A stretch of DNA of 64,000 nucleotides from Selaginella moellendorffii (lineage: Eukaryota; Plantae; Lycopodiophyta): assembly GCF_000143415.4 (NCBI RefSeq), contig NW_003314263.1, forward strand, positions 3,420,451 to 3,484,450, written 5' to 3'. Under the pieces are notes generated by a model that was not told the origin of the DNA, searched no databases, and saw only the letters and a list, made by a program, of their open reading frames with translations. Numbering within the stretch: position 1 is the first letter of the stretch; every line of letters starts with the position of its first letter. Made by a program: the position numbers and the translations under genes. Below are positions 50,641-62,384 of the stretch, piece after piece.

Positions 50641-51716
50641 GTTTCTCCAACACTATCGATATTTATTCTCTATTAATAATATAAACTTATTATACTTTAT
50701 ATAATTAATAACAAAGTGTTTTTTCATTTCACTTTTCATTTTTTATACTTTCAAATGTTCTTTTCACAATACTGCCATAGTACTTGTGTGTCTCCATTTC
50801 TATCTTTACTATCTCAAAAAAGAAATCATGGTAGTCTTTCGGGTGTGTGATGTTGCAGTGTGTCGTAAAAGCATATATACCATCATACTAATCATCGCCA
50901 TTGCTTCCACCAGATGCTAGAAAATATATAAGGCATTTTTTGAAAGTGGCAAAATTGCACTTTTCTAAAACAAGTAAGAAGGCATTTTTTTTCACCCAAT
51001 TTTTTGCACCTACTATCATTACATTTATCTCTAACTCATGATCACTATTGTCACTATCCTCTCTTTCATTCTTTTATGTGGTTTAATTATGCTGTGCAAT
51101 GGGATAGTTATTGCATCTCCTACCTCTTGAACCCTAGGAAGAAAGATTGTGAGAGTTAAAATTACCAACACTAGAACCCATAAACATTTGTGTGTATTTC
51201 CCTTTTTTCAAATGAGAGTGTGAATGAACATTTAAAAATTCTAAACAGTATGCTATGACAAACCCCTCAAGAATGTATTCTAGAAAGAACCAAGTCTTTC
51301 TTTTATATGCAATAAGCTTACATCAATGGTTATTTTTTTCCTTTCAAATGGTTATATGGCTTTCTATAGAATCTTATTTCAAATTTAATAACTTTTTAAT
51401 TCTAACAAACTTAACATTTACTAGCCAGAAAGCACATAGTACAAATTTAAAAAAGTGACAAGAATACTCTTTTTGCAAACATTTTATTTTATATTCTAAC
51501 AAATGTCCCTATCATTGCTTGTAGTAAATATTTAAATTTTTAGAACAAAAAGTGTCCTTTAGAATATTTTTATCTATATAATATATAGAGAGTTATGAAA
51601 TTATTAAGTCCGCCATAACCTTAAAATTTTAAAGTTTATAATGTTTATACTAAATTGCAATTAAAAATTGAGCTCAACTTATGAACTTAACTCTTCAGCT
51701 TGTGAGCTCAAGTATG

Positions 51717-51816
51717 NNNNNNNNNNNNNNNNNNNNNNNNNNNNNNNNNNNNNNNNNNNNNNNNNNNNNNNNNNNNNNNNNNNNNNNNNNNNNNNNNNNN
51801 NNNNNNNNNNNNNNNN
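51717..51816. other. assembly gap (100 N)
   Basis: Direct reading. Confidence 1.
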
Positions 51817-51817
51817 T

Positions 51818-52550
51818 GTACGATTCGACTTATTGTTTATTGTTCTTGATCAATTGGATGCAGATACTGATACTGACCGCAAAATTTCTGAGCATGTGCT
51901 GCGAATGCACTGTTTTCAAGCACCCAGCGAAGATGGAGGTAAATAGCGAGCCTAGTATGTTTTTGAATGGTGACAATGGCTTTTGAAATGTCGAGAACAA
52001 TGAACAGGAATTAGGAACTATGATGTTTGTGATGTTTGTGTAATCGTTTCTTGCACGGGGCAAACAAGAACTTCGCGCGAAATGTCTACAAATAACGATA
52101 AGTTTTTTAAAAAGTTCATAAATCATGCCAAGAGTAGCAACGAACCAAAGCTAAGTGAATGAAGAGGTAAGTTTCTCCCTCGTGCGTCGTTGGCACTTTG
52201 ATTCCAATGCTTTGCAGGCATCAACCAAAATCATCAAGGCTTACGCAATTATGGGAAGTCGTAGTTCTGATGTACATAAATAACTGGGCTCACTCTCTCA
52301 TGTTTTCTCCCACAGTCAGGAGGCACTTTGCCAATCACCCTCGAGACCATGATACGTCTTTCAACCACACACGCAAAGCTCAAGGCAAGTACGGTGTTTC
52401 TTCCTCAGGAATGACATGATAACTTCATGTCTCTCTTTTTACAGGTGCTGAAGGAGGACGTGAAAGCAGCTCTAATAGTAATGAGATTTGCTACATATGA
52501 CGAAGAGCTAAACGAGAGAAGGAAAAGAAAAAAAATAAAAAACAGGATGC
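51818..52550 (+). pseudogene. MCM3: MCM3 helicase subunit fragment with internal deletions
   Basis: [26 protein letters not shown]; GGTLPIT-LETMIRLST (missing ART); VLKEDVKAALIVMRFA; exons separated by short introns. Confidence 0.75.
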
Positions 52551-52714
52551 GGAACAGGATATTGTGGTGCTGGTCTTGTGCTTTTATTTGCGTGAAAGGA
52601 CAGTGGGGTTATTGCTCGAAAAGAAAAGTCTTCTCGGGGATTTGTCGATTGGCAACTCAAACAAAGAATAAAGAATAAAGAACCAGACTACAATTTTGTT
52701 TAGCACAAAATGCA

Positions 52715-52786
52715 TGTGGCTGCTGGGATTCGAGCCCAGGTCTCCACGGCCACAACGTGGAATTCTCACCACTAAACTACAGCCAC
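52715..52786 (-). tRNA. tRNA-His(GUG)
   Basis: GTGGCTGTAGTTTAGTGGTGAGAATTCCACGTTGTGGCCGTGGAGACCTGGGCTCGAATCCCAGCAGCCACA: full cloverleaf, GTG anticodon, matches plant cytosolic tRNA-His; TTTT just downstream. Confidence 0.95.
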
Positions 52787-53211
52787 ATTACTTGTTAAGT
52801 GGGTAAATAATTCCACTAGATTTATATTTATTTCCTGAGAAAAAAATTGATCTCCTTGCGTGAGAATGGTGCCGGATTGTCAGCACAATCTCATCTTTTG
52901 TGGTCGATTGGACTGGAGATGTTGTCCTAGTTTGAGATTGGTTCTGGAAACGAACACGAAGAACGTCAAGGAGAAATAAGCAAGAACCTTTCAGACGAAA
53001 CATGGCATGAACTTCATGGTCCCATCTTAGAGAACAGTGACATCTTGGACGCTTTGTGGAGCATCTGTAGTGTCAACTGGGAAAAGATGAGAGGAGTTCA
53101 GCATTGATAATAGTACTCCTAGATGTGAATGAAATGAGCCTTGTTATTGGAGGCTCCTCGGCTGTGCCACCATTACTTCTACACTGTTTCCATCTGCAAA
53201 TAAAGATCAAC

Positions 53212-54186
53212 ATGAGCCCGCAAAGGCAAAGGATTGATCGAACATACCTCTCTGTACCCGGGCGTGCAACTGTTGCCTTCTTGAGCTATGGCGGACTTGC
53301 GGTAAGTGTTCTGGAGAAATACTTCTTACATTTTCTTGACTCAAGTCTCTTCCATGTAAATCAAATGCTCTTTTCCTGGACAACAAGATGGTGGTCCAAA
53401 GATACAATTGCGGTGGTGACTGGGAGCAACAAGGGGCTCGGATTTGCCATTGTTCAAGGCCTGGCACTCAAGGGAGTGACTACAATCCTGACATCCAGAG
53501 ACGAGCAAAGGGGATTGGCGGCTCTAAATTCTCTCAAGAAGGATCAAAAGATCAATCCGGAAACGCTTCACTTCCATGTCTTGGACGTGAGAAGCCCGTC
53601 ATCCATCCAAAACTTTGGCAATGTGAGTTCAGCAATAAGCCGAATGGATGTAAGTCTCTTCTGGATTTAGCTATAAACTCTCGGTGCTTAACAGGCTCTT
53701 CGAAACCAAGCCGTGGTACATAAGATTTCTAACATTGACAAGCTCTCAGTCGAAACTTTGGACGAAGTGGCAGAGGAGTTCATCGAGGACGTGGAGCATG
53801 GCCAACTTAGAGAAAAAGGGTGGTCTGGGATCTTTGGAGCATACGACTATTGCGTATCTAAACTCCTTATCAATGCTTACTCAAGAGCGATGGCATGGAA
53901 TCTCCCCAAACAAGGTCGTAAAATCTTTGTGAATTGCATGTGTCCAGGGCTGACGAGCACTGATATGTTGAGGAATAATGGTCATTCGCCTCAAGCCGGG
54001 GCTGAAACAGCTATTTGGCTGGCATTTACAACAGGGAGGTTTTTCTCCAACAAACAAGATGTTGGTTTTGATCACATCCCACTCTACTTGGAGAAAGGTA
54101 CTTCTTCAGTGCTTCTGGATGAGTTCAATGAATGTAGCAGAACAGCCATGCCTCCGTTGCATCCAGTGTTTCTCGAAATGTATTAA
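53212..54186 (+). pseudogene. SDR, carbonyl reductase/(+)-neomenthol dehydrogenase-like; central NNAG segment deleted
   Basis: VVTGSNKGLG (TGxxxGxG), YCVSK (YxxxK), VNCMCPG; introns 53302-53387 and 53650-53694; sequence jumps from SIQNFG directly to NVSS, lacking the DILVNNAG region. Confidence 0.8.
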
Positions 54187-54252
54187 TTCGACTGAAGCAT
54201 GAAAATAAAGTCAAACTAAAACTTCAACAAGCTTACCAAAAAAGAATGCAAT

Positions 54253-54322
54253 TGTGGCTACTGGGATTCAAGCCCAGGTCTCCACAGCCACAACATGGAA
54301 TCTCACCACTAACTACAGCCAC
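54253..54322 (-). pseudogene. decayed tRNA-His(GUG) copy
   Basis: Two 1-nt deletions plus CG>TG/CHG transitions relative to 52715-52786. Confidence 0.85.
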
Positions 54323-56332
54323 ATTACATTACAAAGGACTCCTTTGACCGTTCAGTTGATGAAGTCAATTCAAACATGATATGCATGCTTGAATGGTTGA
54401 GCTTGGATCAATGGCCCTGGAGCAGCTCGAAACCACATGATAAGTAGGGCAAGGGCTCTATCATTGCCCACAGAATCTTGTGCTTGTGAGGTTGCAAGGA
54501 GCAGGCATAGGGTTGAGTGGGTAACTTGGGGGACCATCTCTCTCCATTTTTGTAACACTCCTTGAAGTGTGGGAATATGAGAGTGAGTTTATACTTTATT
54601 GGTGGATTTGAATTTTCTTATCTGAAGTGTATGGAAATGTGAGGATGTATAAGAGAATGACCACCCAAACAAGGGTAAACTCAATTCTGTTGACAATATT
54701 GGATCATGATTATATAAAAGTTTTATGGTGAAACATTTATGAAACTTTGTACCTGGTGACATATGCATACTAAAGAGACGATAAATAACTATCTTAATTT
54801 GAATGTTAAAAATTTATGTACTTTGCAATCATCATTTTGAAGGTCTAAATGAATTATTCCACCAAACCATCTATTTGTGAATGATAAACATTAGTGAAAG
54901 TGTAATGTATTCTCAACCAAGATGTTAAAATGTGAAATGCCTCAATTATAAATAAAAGACTATTATTTAACAAAATCTATTCTGTTAAAGAATATTGGAA
55001 CATCACTCGATTGAGGAGGAAGTATTTAATAGTAGTTGCAGATGCACTAATAAGAGCACTAATTTCCACCAATAAGTTTAAGTAGTCAAAGAGATAATGA
55101 CATACTCATTCTCAATAGTCAACCATGGAAAATACCCCATTAAATCTAACATTACCAACTCATATAAATAGGAAATTGTAATTAACTCCAATTGTCTTTC
55201 TACAATATGAGGGGGAAACTTGGCACATCTACATATATATTGAATAACATCATGTCACATCTTTGGCCAATAAAAAAACTTATACAGCTTCTTAGTAATA
55301 CGACAATACTATATATACCCATCTAAAATATGAAAGTCATGGTAAGTGTAGAGAAAGAGTGGAAGTAAAACTAAAGGCACCACTAGCCATAAATGATTAT
55401 CATAATTAGTCCTCATAAAATAAAAAAGTTCGTCCTCAAGATGAATATTAAGAATATAAATGGCAAGTCATTAGTATTTAATATAGGATTCTCAAACCCA
55501 TCACAAAGCTCTTAGATCCACGACTCAAGTTTTTGAGTCTTATGAGCTTTGTCAAGAGAAGATAAATTTTGTGCCACACCTTGTGGACACTAAACATTAA
55601 GTATAATAATCGATAGCACAAAATCCTCATCTAGAAAATCCATGGATGCTAGAATAATAATCTTATAAAAAACAAGTGAACAAAGTGAAGAAGAGAGAGG
55701 AACTTAAGAAAGAGCATTAACATTAGTTATATAACTCCCTAAATGATGAACAATCTCAATATATATTTGAAATTTTAGAGTTCACCGAACAATAAAACTA
55801 ACCAAGTTCTTGTACTTCAATAATAATGCAATTATAACATAATCACTTTTTAATAATATATAAGAACTATGTAAATATACATGAAACTTTTTGAAATGCC
55901 AAACTATTGCTAAACACTCCTATGTTGTGGAGTGGTTCATCTGTACTAATTATAATGCAATATTGATATATGCAATAGGATAATGCTAACTAAACACACT
56001 CATACTTTTCTACATCAATACACCACAAGACTAATATCAGAAGCATCTATATGCAAAATAAAAGGTCAAGTGTAGTCTAGATACACCAAAATTGAAGGAG
56101 TTATCAACAACTCTTTAAGATTTATAAATGCTAATTCCTAGTTCTTAAACTAAATGAAAGATGATATTAATGACTTTAACAATCAGTACAATTAAAAAGA
56201 TGATCAACAAAATAATCAAGACTTTGCATTTTGCCCAAAAAGCGTTATATATCATTCACACACTTCAGAGTATGGAATTTCATAACAACCCATAAGTTGA
56301 GGATTGACAACCCGCCATTGTCCTAATAAAAG

Positions 56333-58417
56333 TTGAATGGGGAAATTAGGGAAGATAAAATGACATATGCCTTTCATGACTTGATTGGAGGCACCTTGAG
56401 GGTGTATATGGATAATCTGTGCACAACCTCTGACTCCTTTGAGGACCACCTTGTGCACTTGGAGCAGATCTTCACTCGCTACCGACAACATAGGTTTTCA
56501 TTGAACTCGGCAAAGTGTAAATTCGGGGTGATTGAAGGCCAGTTGCTAGGCTTTGATGTCTCGCAGGATGGGATCAAGCCCCAGGTAGCCAAGGCTCAGG
56601 AGATTCTGGATCGGAACCCACCAACCAACATGAAGCAACTTCACAGCTTCCTTGGGCAAATGGGTTTCTTTCGCCGTTTCCTCCACAAATATGCCGCACA
56701 TCTGGGGTGAGTCCCAGCAACAAGCCTTTGAATCACCTCCACACAGCCCCGGTACTCCAACCACCAAAGCGACAACTTCCTTTCGACATTTACATCACAA
56801 CGAGTATAGAGGCTTTTGGAGTATGCCTTTGCCAATGTTCACAGCCTGGCAAGGCACCACATGCAACATACTATGCCTCACATTCATTCAAGGAGACTGA
56901 GAAGAAGTACGTGGATGCAGAAAAAGAAGCGGTGGCTATTATTTACACCTTAGAGCGATTTCGTCACTTTCTTGCTGGAGCTTATATCCATTTCCATGTC
57001 TATTTTAATGTGCTGACCTTTCTTTTACAATGAATAGTTCACAGTCCTCATACTTTATTTTGGATTGTGACCATCCAAGAGTTCCAGCCAACTTTTCACA
57101 TGGGGCAAAAGCATGTGATGGATCCGAGCAAGTTCCTGGTTGCTAAAGCTACTTCCTTTGTGGTCCTAGCAGCATTATAGGACATTGCAGTGTACTTGTG
57201 ATTTAGGTCAGTTCCCAGCAGATTCCTCACCAGTGCAACAAAAGGCATTGGAGATCTGAGCATAGGGGTTTTGCCTTCTTGACAGACACCTTTACAGGAG
57301 GACTTCTCAAGAAGTTTTGTTGTGGTGTGTAGGGGAACACAAGGTCCCTGAGCTCCTTCATGCTTTCCACTCTTATGTGGGGCACATCTCAGGACAGGTC
57401 ACAGCACAGCTCCTCTTGCACCATAGCTACTTTTGGCCTCGGATTCACCAGGACAGCTTGGCCTATGCAAAGGCGTGTGAGCAGTGCCAACAATTCAACC
57501 CCCAGAGCCATGTTCCACGTCTTCCTTTCCAGCTCATCACTTCTCCAGGTCCCTTTTTCCAGTGGGGACTTGACTTCATCGGCCCGATCAACCCACCGAG
57601 CTCAAAAGGACAACGATACATCATCGTGGAGACAGACTATTTCATGAAATGGGTTGACACTACCCCTCTGCAATAGGCAAATCAATGGTCTATAGCAAAG
57701 TTTGTCTACGAGTACATTATTTGTCAATTCGGAGTTCTTGCCGTTTTGATTTCTGATTGTGGCAGCAGCTTCCTTGGACAAATGATGCAGCATCTTCTCC
57801 AACGGATGCAGGTCAAGCACGTGAAGAGCAGTAGCTATTATCTTGAGTGCAATGGCCAAGTGAAGTCCAGCAACAAGATATTGAAAACAGTCATCTCAAA
57901 GCTTATGGGGGATCACCCAAGGCATTGGCATAAACACTTAGTTATGGCATTGTGGGCCTTTCAGACGTCATTCAAGACATCCATCTCCGTAACACCATTC
58001 TCCCTTGTCTATGGCACCGAGGCCGTGCTTCCAGTGGAGATCCAAGTGCCATCACTCTCACTTTCACTTCGATATGCAGTAGCGGTGTAGCTTAGCAATG
58101 AGGACAAGCTTCATGCACGTGACTTGAAGGTTCTTGCCTTGGAAGAACAGCGACAATCCATGACTGAACATCTCCTTCGAGGCAAGAAGAAGATCAAATC
58201 CGGCATTGATCACTAGCGATCTGCCGAACCATTCGAGGATGGTGATCTTGTTCTACTCAAGGAGTTTATGCCACCATCGAAGTTCTCCCCTTGCTGGACT
58301 AGCCCTTATTCTGTCTAGCGACACATCAGAGGTGGAGCATATGTGCTAGTTGATGCTAATGGACATGAGCTCCCACATGCTCACAACCACTCTCACTTCA
58401 AATGCTTCACCTGGTGA
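56333..58417 (+). mobile_element. Ty3/gypsy pol relic (RT-RNase H-integrase), non-chromovirus (Tat/Athila-like)
   Basis: VYMDN (YxDD), LNSAKCKFG, LHSFLGQMGFFRRF, YYAS...EKEAVA, H..GH...YFWP...CEQCQ, WGLDFIGP..YIIVETDYFMKW, ISDCGSSF, NGQVKSSNK, TPFSLVYG; order RT-RH-INT; multiple stops. Confidence 0.93.
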
Positions 58418-59979
58418 GGTGTTCCTCTTCTCTTCTCTTCTTTTTCTTTTTCTTTTTCTTCCTTCCTTTCACTTTACTTTCATGACTCCTTTTCTTACTT
58501 TTAGAGAGTGTTTCCCTATTGGACCATGGCCCATCCTTGGATTTTGTGCTTAGGCTATATTGCCATTTGTATGGAGGTTCCTCGCTTGGCCTGGTCCATG
58601 TTCCAGGTTCTTTGGCCCTTCCCTTACCATTACTACACCCTACACATTCCTCTCACTCATTCCATATCATTTACACTCACAGTTCCATCACCAATCACTT
58701 CCAACAGCGTTGCCCACACTTATCTCTAGATGCCCGTCTTGCATCTTTCATTCTTTCACCATCATTCACATCTCCGCTTGAGGTCACATTTACACCATAC
58801 CATGGACACACATACGTGCACCAGCAGCAAAAGACACCACCTCAATTGGACGTGCCGTTTCTAAGATATCCTTACGAACATTTGCCGACGATGCACTAGC
58901 TTTTCTGGAGTGACTTTCTTCCAACCAGGTGAGCTTGTTCACTCAAGGCACCTAGGTGTATCTTTAGGCGAGGCCATAGAAGCCGAAGCCACTTTCTTCT
59001 TCTCCAGCACTCAGTGGACACATGCCACCTCCCTTTACCGGCAACCCAACACTATCCTTTTCAGCTGTTGCCTTTTTCAGTTACTCTTATTTCAGAGATG
59101 GCCACCTTCTCAGAGTGCCATCACCATCTTAGCGCTCCACCATATCAATGCTGGAGCAGGCGCAGGAGTAGGAGTGAGAGCAAGTGGTTACTAGTTACAG
59201 GTCCCCAATTACTGGTTACTAGTTACTAGTTACCAGTTACCGGCTACTCCGAGAGGTCAGCACTTACTCTACGGGCCAACGGTTATCAATGGCCACCTTT
59301 TTAGATTGCCACCACCATCTCGATGCTTCACCATATCACTCCATCTTTCATCATTTCTACACTTACCGCCCTTGGGCAACACATCCCCTCTTCTACCTCT
59401 CTTTCTTTCTTAATTTCAGCCAATCCTTGGAGCATATTGGAAGTCATCAAGAGGCTGCATTTGCATATTACACTTTCCTGAGCCGAAATCCACGTATGGG
59501 TTAAGTTCTTTGGGTGCTCACTCTTTTTCCTCTATTTTCCTCCTCTTTTCACATTTTTTTTGCACTTTTTCTTCAACTTCAAGGTCTAGTTTGACTACAG
59601 GGTTTCCCACCAGGTTTTCCTCCCTATCTCCAAACTTCACACCTACCTCTTTTCTTTCTTTTCCACTTTTTTTCTAGAGTTTCTACTATTTCATGCAGTT
59701 ACCAACACTTTGCATTAGTAGCAGAGGTACACTCTACACTCTTTGGAGGGTTCTTGTGCATTTGGAGCTAGCATGACCCACCATGGTCACATGTTAGGGC
59801 GTGGCTATTGAGAGAGTGAGAGAGAGAGGGAATATTCTGGTCCTTAGAATATTCTTTATCTTCCTTGTATAAAACCCTTGCCTTAGAAGGGCAAGAGGGG
59901 CATTTTGCAAAGAGCATTGAAGCATTTTTTGTGTTTGAGCAAGCGTTGGGGGACCCTTCCTCAACACTAGAATGATTTG

Positions 59980-61060
59980 CCGATTTTTAGGATGGTAAAT
60001 TTTTTCTTCAACTATGATTATGCATCTCTTCATGGATGGGATAATTTATGGTCTTTCATGATGGTTAGTTTTTTTTTTTTATGGCTTATGGCTTTTTGCA
60101 ATACCACATGTACTTTGTGGTTTGCTTTGGATTGGTCTCTTGGGTTTGAGATATTAGTAAGATGTTGTTAACACTTACTTGAGCAACTCTGGTTCCTTAG
60201 TATTGTTAACCGGAATTTATTTAAATTGGCTTTTGTGATAGTTGGCATGAATGGGTGTTTGTTGGTCTTACCACATTCATTCTATTCTATTAATTATTGC
60301 TTGAGTTAGTTATGATAGGTTGGGATGTTATTTCTTTCGGGTGATACATTCGCGAGTATTGTGCTTGTCAGTCAATGATACTTTATGTTCATTTAGTTGT
60401 CTTTGGTAAATTGTTTAGCATATTATTTACAATGTTTGGTAGTTAAGTTTTATCATTGAGTTTTCTTGATGATACACTAACTATTGAATTTTGTTAGATA
60501 ATGAATCCTATGTATACCAGTTATGATGATCCTGGTGGTTTCTATACACTAATATTGGTTTATTGGATGATAACTTACTTGAAATACCTTTGTATTTTCA
60601 TCTAAGATTTAATCACTAATAATTAAGACTCTAAGATATTATTGCCTATGACTTTGATATTGTCCATCTATTGATCTTTGAGTTTGGACCAGTATAAGCA
60701 GACTAACTTTAGCACTTTGTATGTATGATGAAATCTCTAGTCATGGGGTAGGTACTATCGACTGGTTACATCACCTGCCTCTCTGTTGATGTTCCTTATT
60801 CCGTTAAAAGGGCATGAGCATGTAAACAACTCTAACTACCTGTTTACAGTAGTCTATCTAAACTTTACCGATGGGTTTGGTTTCTTTGCTCAGAAGGGTT
60901 GGGGCCTCTAACTTCTCTCTCTATGCCACTGCAGGCAGGGGCATATCACACATTTGTAAGCTGAGTGACACCCAGAGCAGCAAAGGTGGTTAACTTTGTT
61001 GGTCATTTCCTTGTCAGCAACGGCTGGAAAGTGTCTGAGCTGATAGCACATCTACGTTAA
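59980..61060 (+). mobile_element. family B internal-domain fragment
   Basis: Reverse complement of ~30890-31975. Confidence 0.8.
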
Positions 61061-61096
61061 ACATGGCAAGGGAACTTAATTAAGGCTAAAGTTGTG

Positions 61097-61558
61097 TGTA
61101 AACGACTAATTTTTCCATTCTACTTTAGTCACTTAACCACACCTCCAACCATTTGGAGGAATCTCATTCCGAACCTTCATAAGTCTAATTCAAGACTTGG
61201 GACTTGTTAGCCTCTATGCCATTCAACCTTTGCACTTGGTCTAAGTGCTCCACATATTTGGTCCCGTGACTAACACCCCAAGGTACCACCAACATATCAG
61301 CCTATTACACTAAGGCCACGCCCATTCACTTTGGTCACACCAGTGGTCCAACACCACCTACATCGCAGCCCTGTCTCTCAAAGACTGGGCCATCCGTCCA
61401 TGAGTGACCCAAAGGCTGAATGGCATAGATGTCATTTATAAAGCTAATATATCCCCAAGTCGAGAATAGGACTTATAGAGGTGGTGAGTGTGACTCCTCC
61501 AAATGGTCAAATGTGTGGTAAAGTGATTAAAATAGAATGGAAAATTTAGTCATTTACA
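61097..61558. repeat. fold-back structure made of two oppositely oriented family A LTR 3' ends
   Basis: 61097-~61409 is the reverse complement of the LTR 3' end; ~61410-61558 is the LTR 3' end in forward orientation; outer ends tgtaaacgactaat / tttagtcatttaca. Confidence 0.8.
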
Positions 61559-62012
61559 TATATGTAAGAACTTGTGTCTAGTGCTATTCTGATCAGCACT
61601 AAAAGAAAAAGATCTAGCCTCTTTAGATTATGCTATACTCCTCTTGAGGTTCCTCACCACCTAATCCCCCTTGAGATACCTCAAGAGTTCCACTACACTG
61701 CCGCTTCATTATGAGCTCTTAAAGTAGATTAAGTTCCTTATCCTAAATCCATGCCCCTTAAGCTTCCCACCACATTGATTTCCCTAGATGATGCTTAATA
61801 GGAAACTCCCCAAACACCATGAGTTTGATCATCTAGAGAGCTTATTTAGTGTTCAACTCTTTTTATATGAATAAATACATAAAAAACTCATAATAAGTCA
61901 ACATTATGAACACTACACCATAAAGATAGTGCCTTCATGTTTGCAAAGCATGAATAATAGAGAGTAACTTTTACTCATTCATGAAATATCATTGCTCTAC
62001 AGTATTCAAAGT

Positions 62013-62340
62013 CTAGCTCCCACATACAAAAGGTTGCTCCTCTTGCATAAGAACTCCCCTCAATGCATAACCATTTGCATCACACATCATTTGGTAAGAT
62101 TTTGATGGATCAGCAATGTGAAGCATTAGAGCCTTACTTAATAACCATTTCAATGCCATAAAATTGTCTTTTTGTGACTGTTTCCACTTGATTGGCACAT
62201 TCTTATATAAAATCATGTCAAAGAAATAGCCACCTCTGTGTTGGAAACATCAATAGTAATTAGCCATACCAAGGAAATTACGTAGCTCAACCACTAAAAC
62301 TAGTATAGGCTAATTCTCCACCACAGTCACCTTTCTTGAT
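62013..62340 (-). mobile_element. Ty3/gypsy RT-RNase H fragment
   Basis: FMALKWLLSKALMLHIADPSKSYQMMCDANGYALRGVLMQE. Confidence 0.75.
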
Positions 62341-62384
62341 ATCATGAATGTGACTGTAGATATCAAAAGTTATTTGTCAACAAT

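Larger units (their letters stand above)
39861..51716. mobile_element. Mutator-like (MULE) DNA transposon with cargo genes; right end lost in assembly gap
   Basis: Inverted subterminal motif 39879-39906 (GAGTTGAGTTCACGAGTTAAGCTCAATT) vs reverse complement of 51666-51693 (24/28, all transitions) encloses a MULE transposase pseudogene. Exact left terminus is approximate and no TSD is checkable. Confidence 0.65.

Noticed and set aside
59792-59967. Short TG..CA segment as the 3' LTR of the gypsy relic
   Set aside because: No partner LTR or matching TSD in the window; boundaries uncertain.
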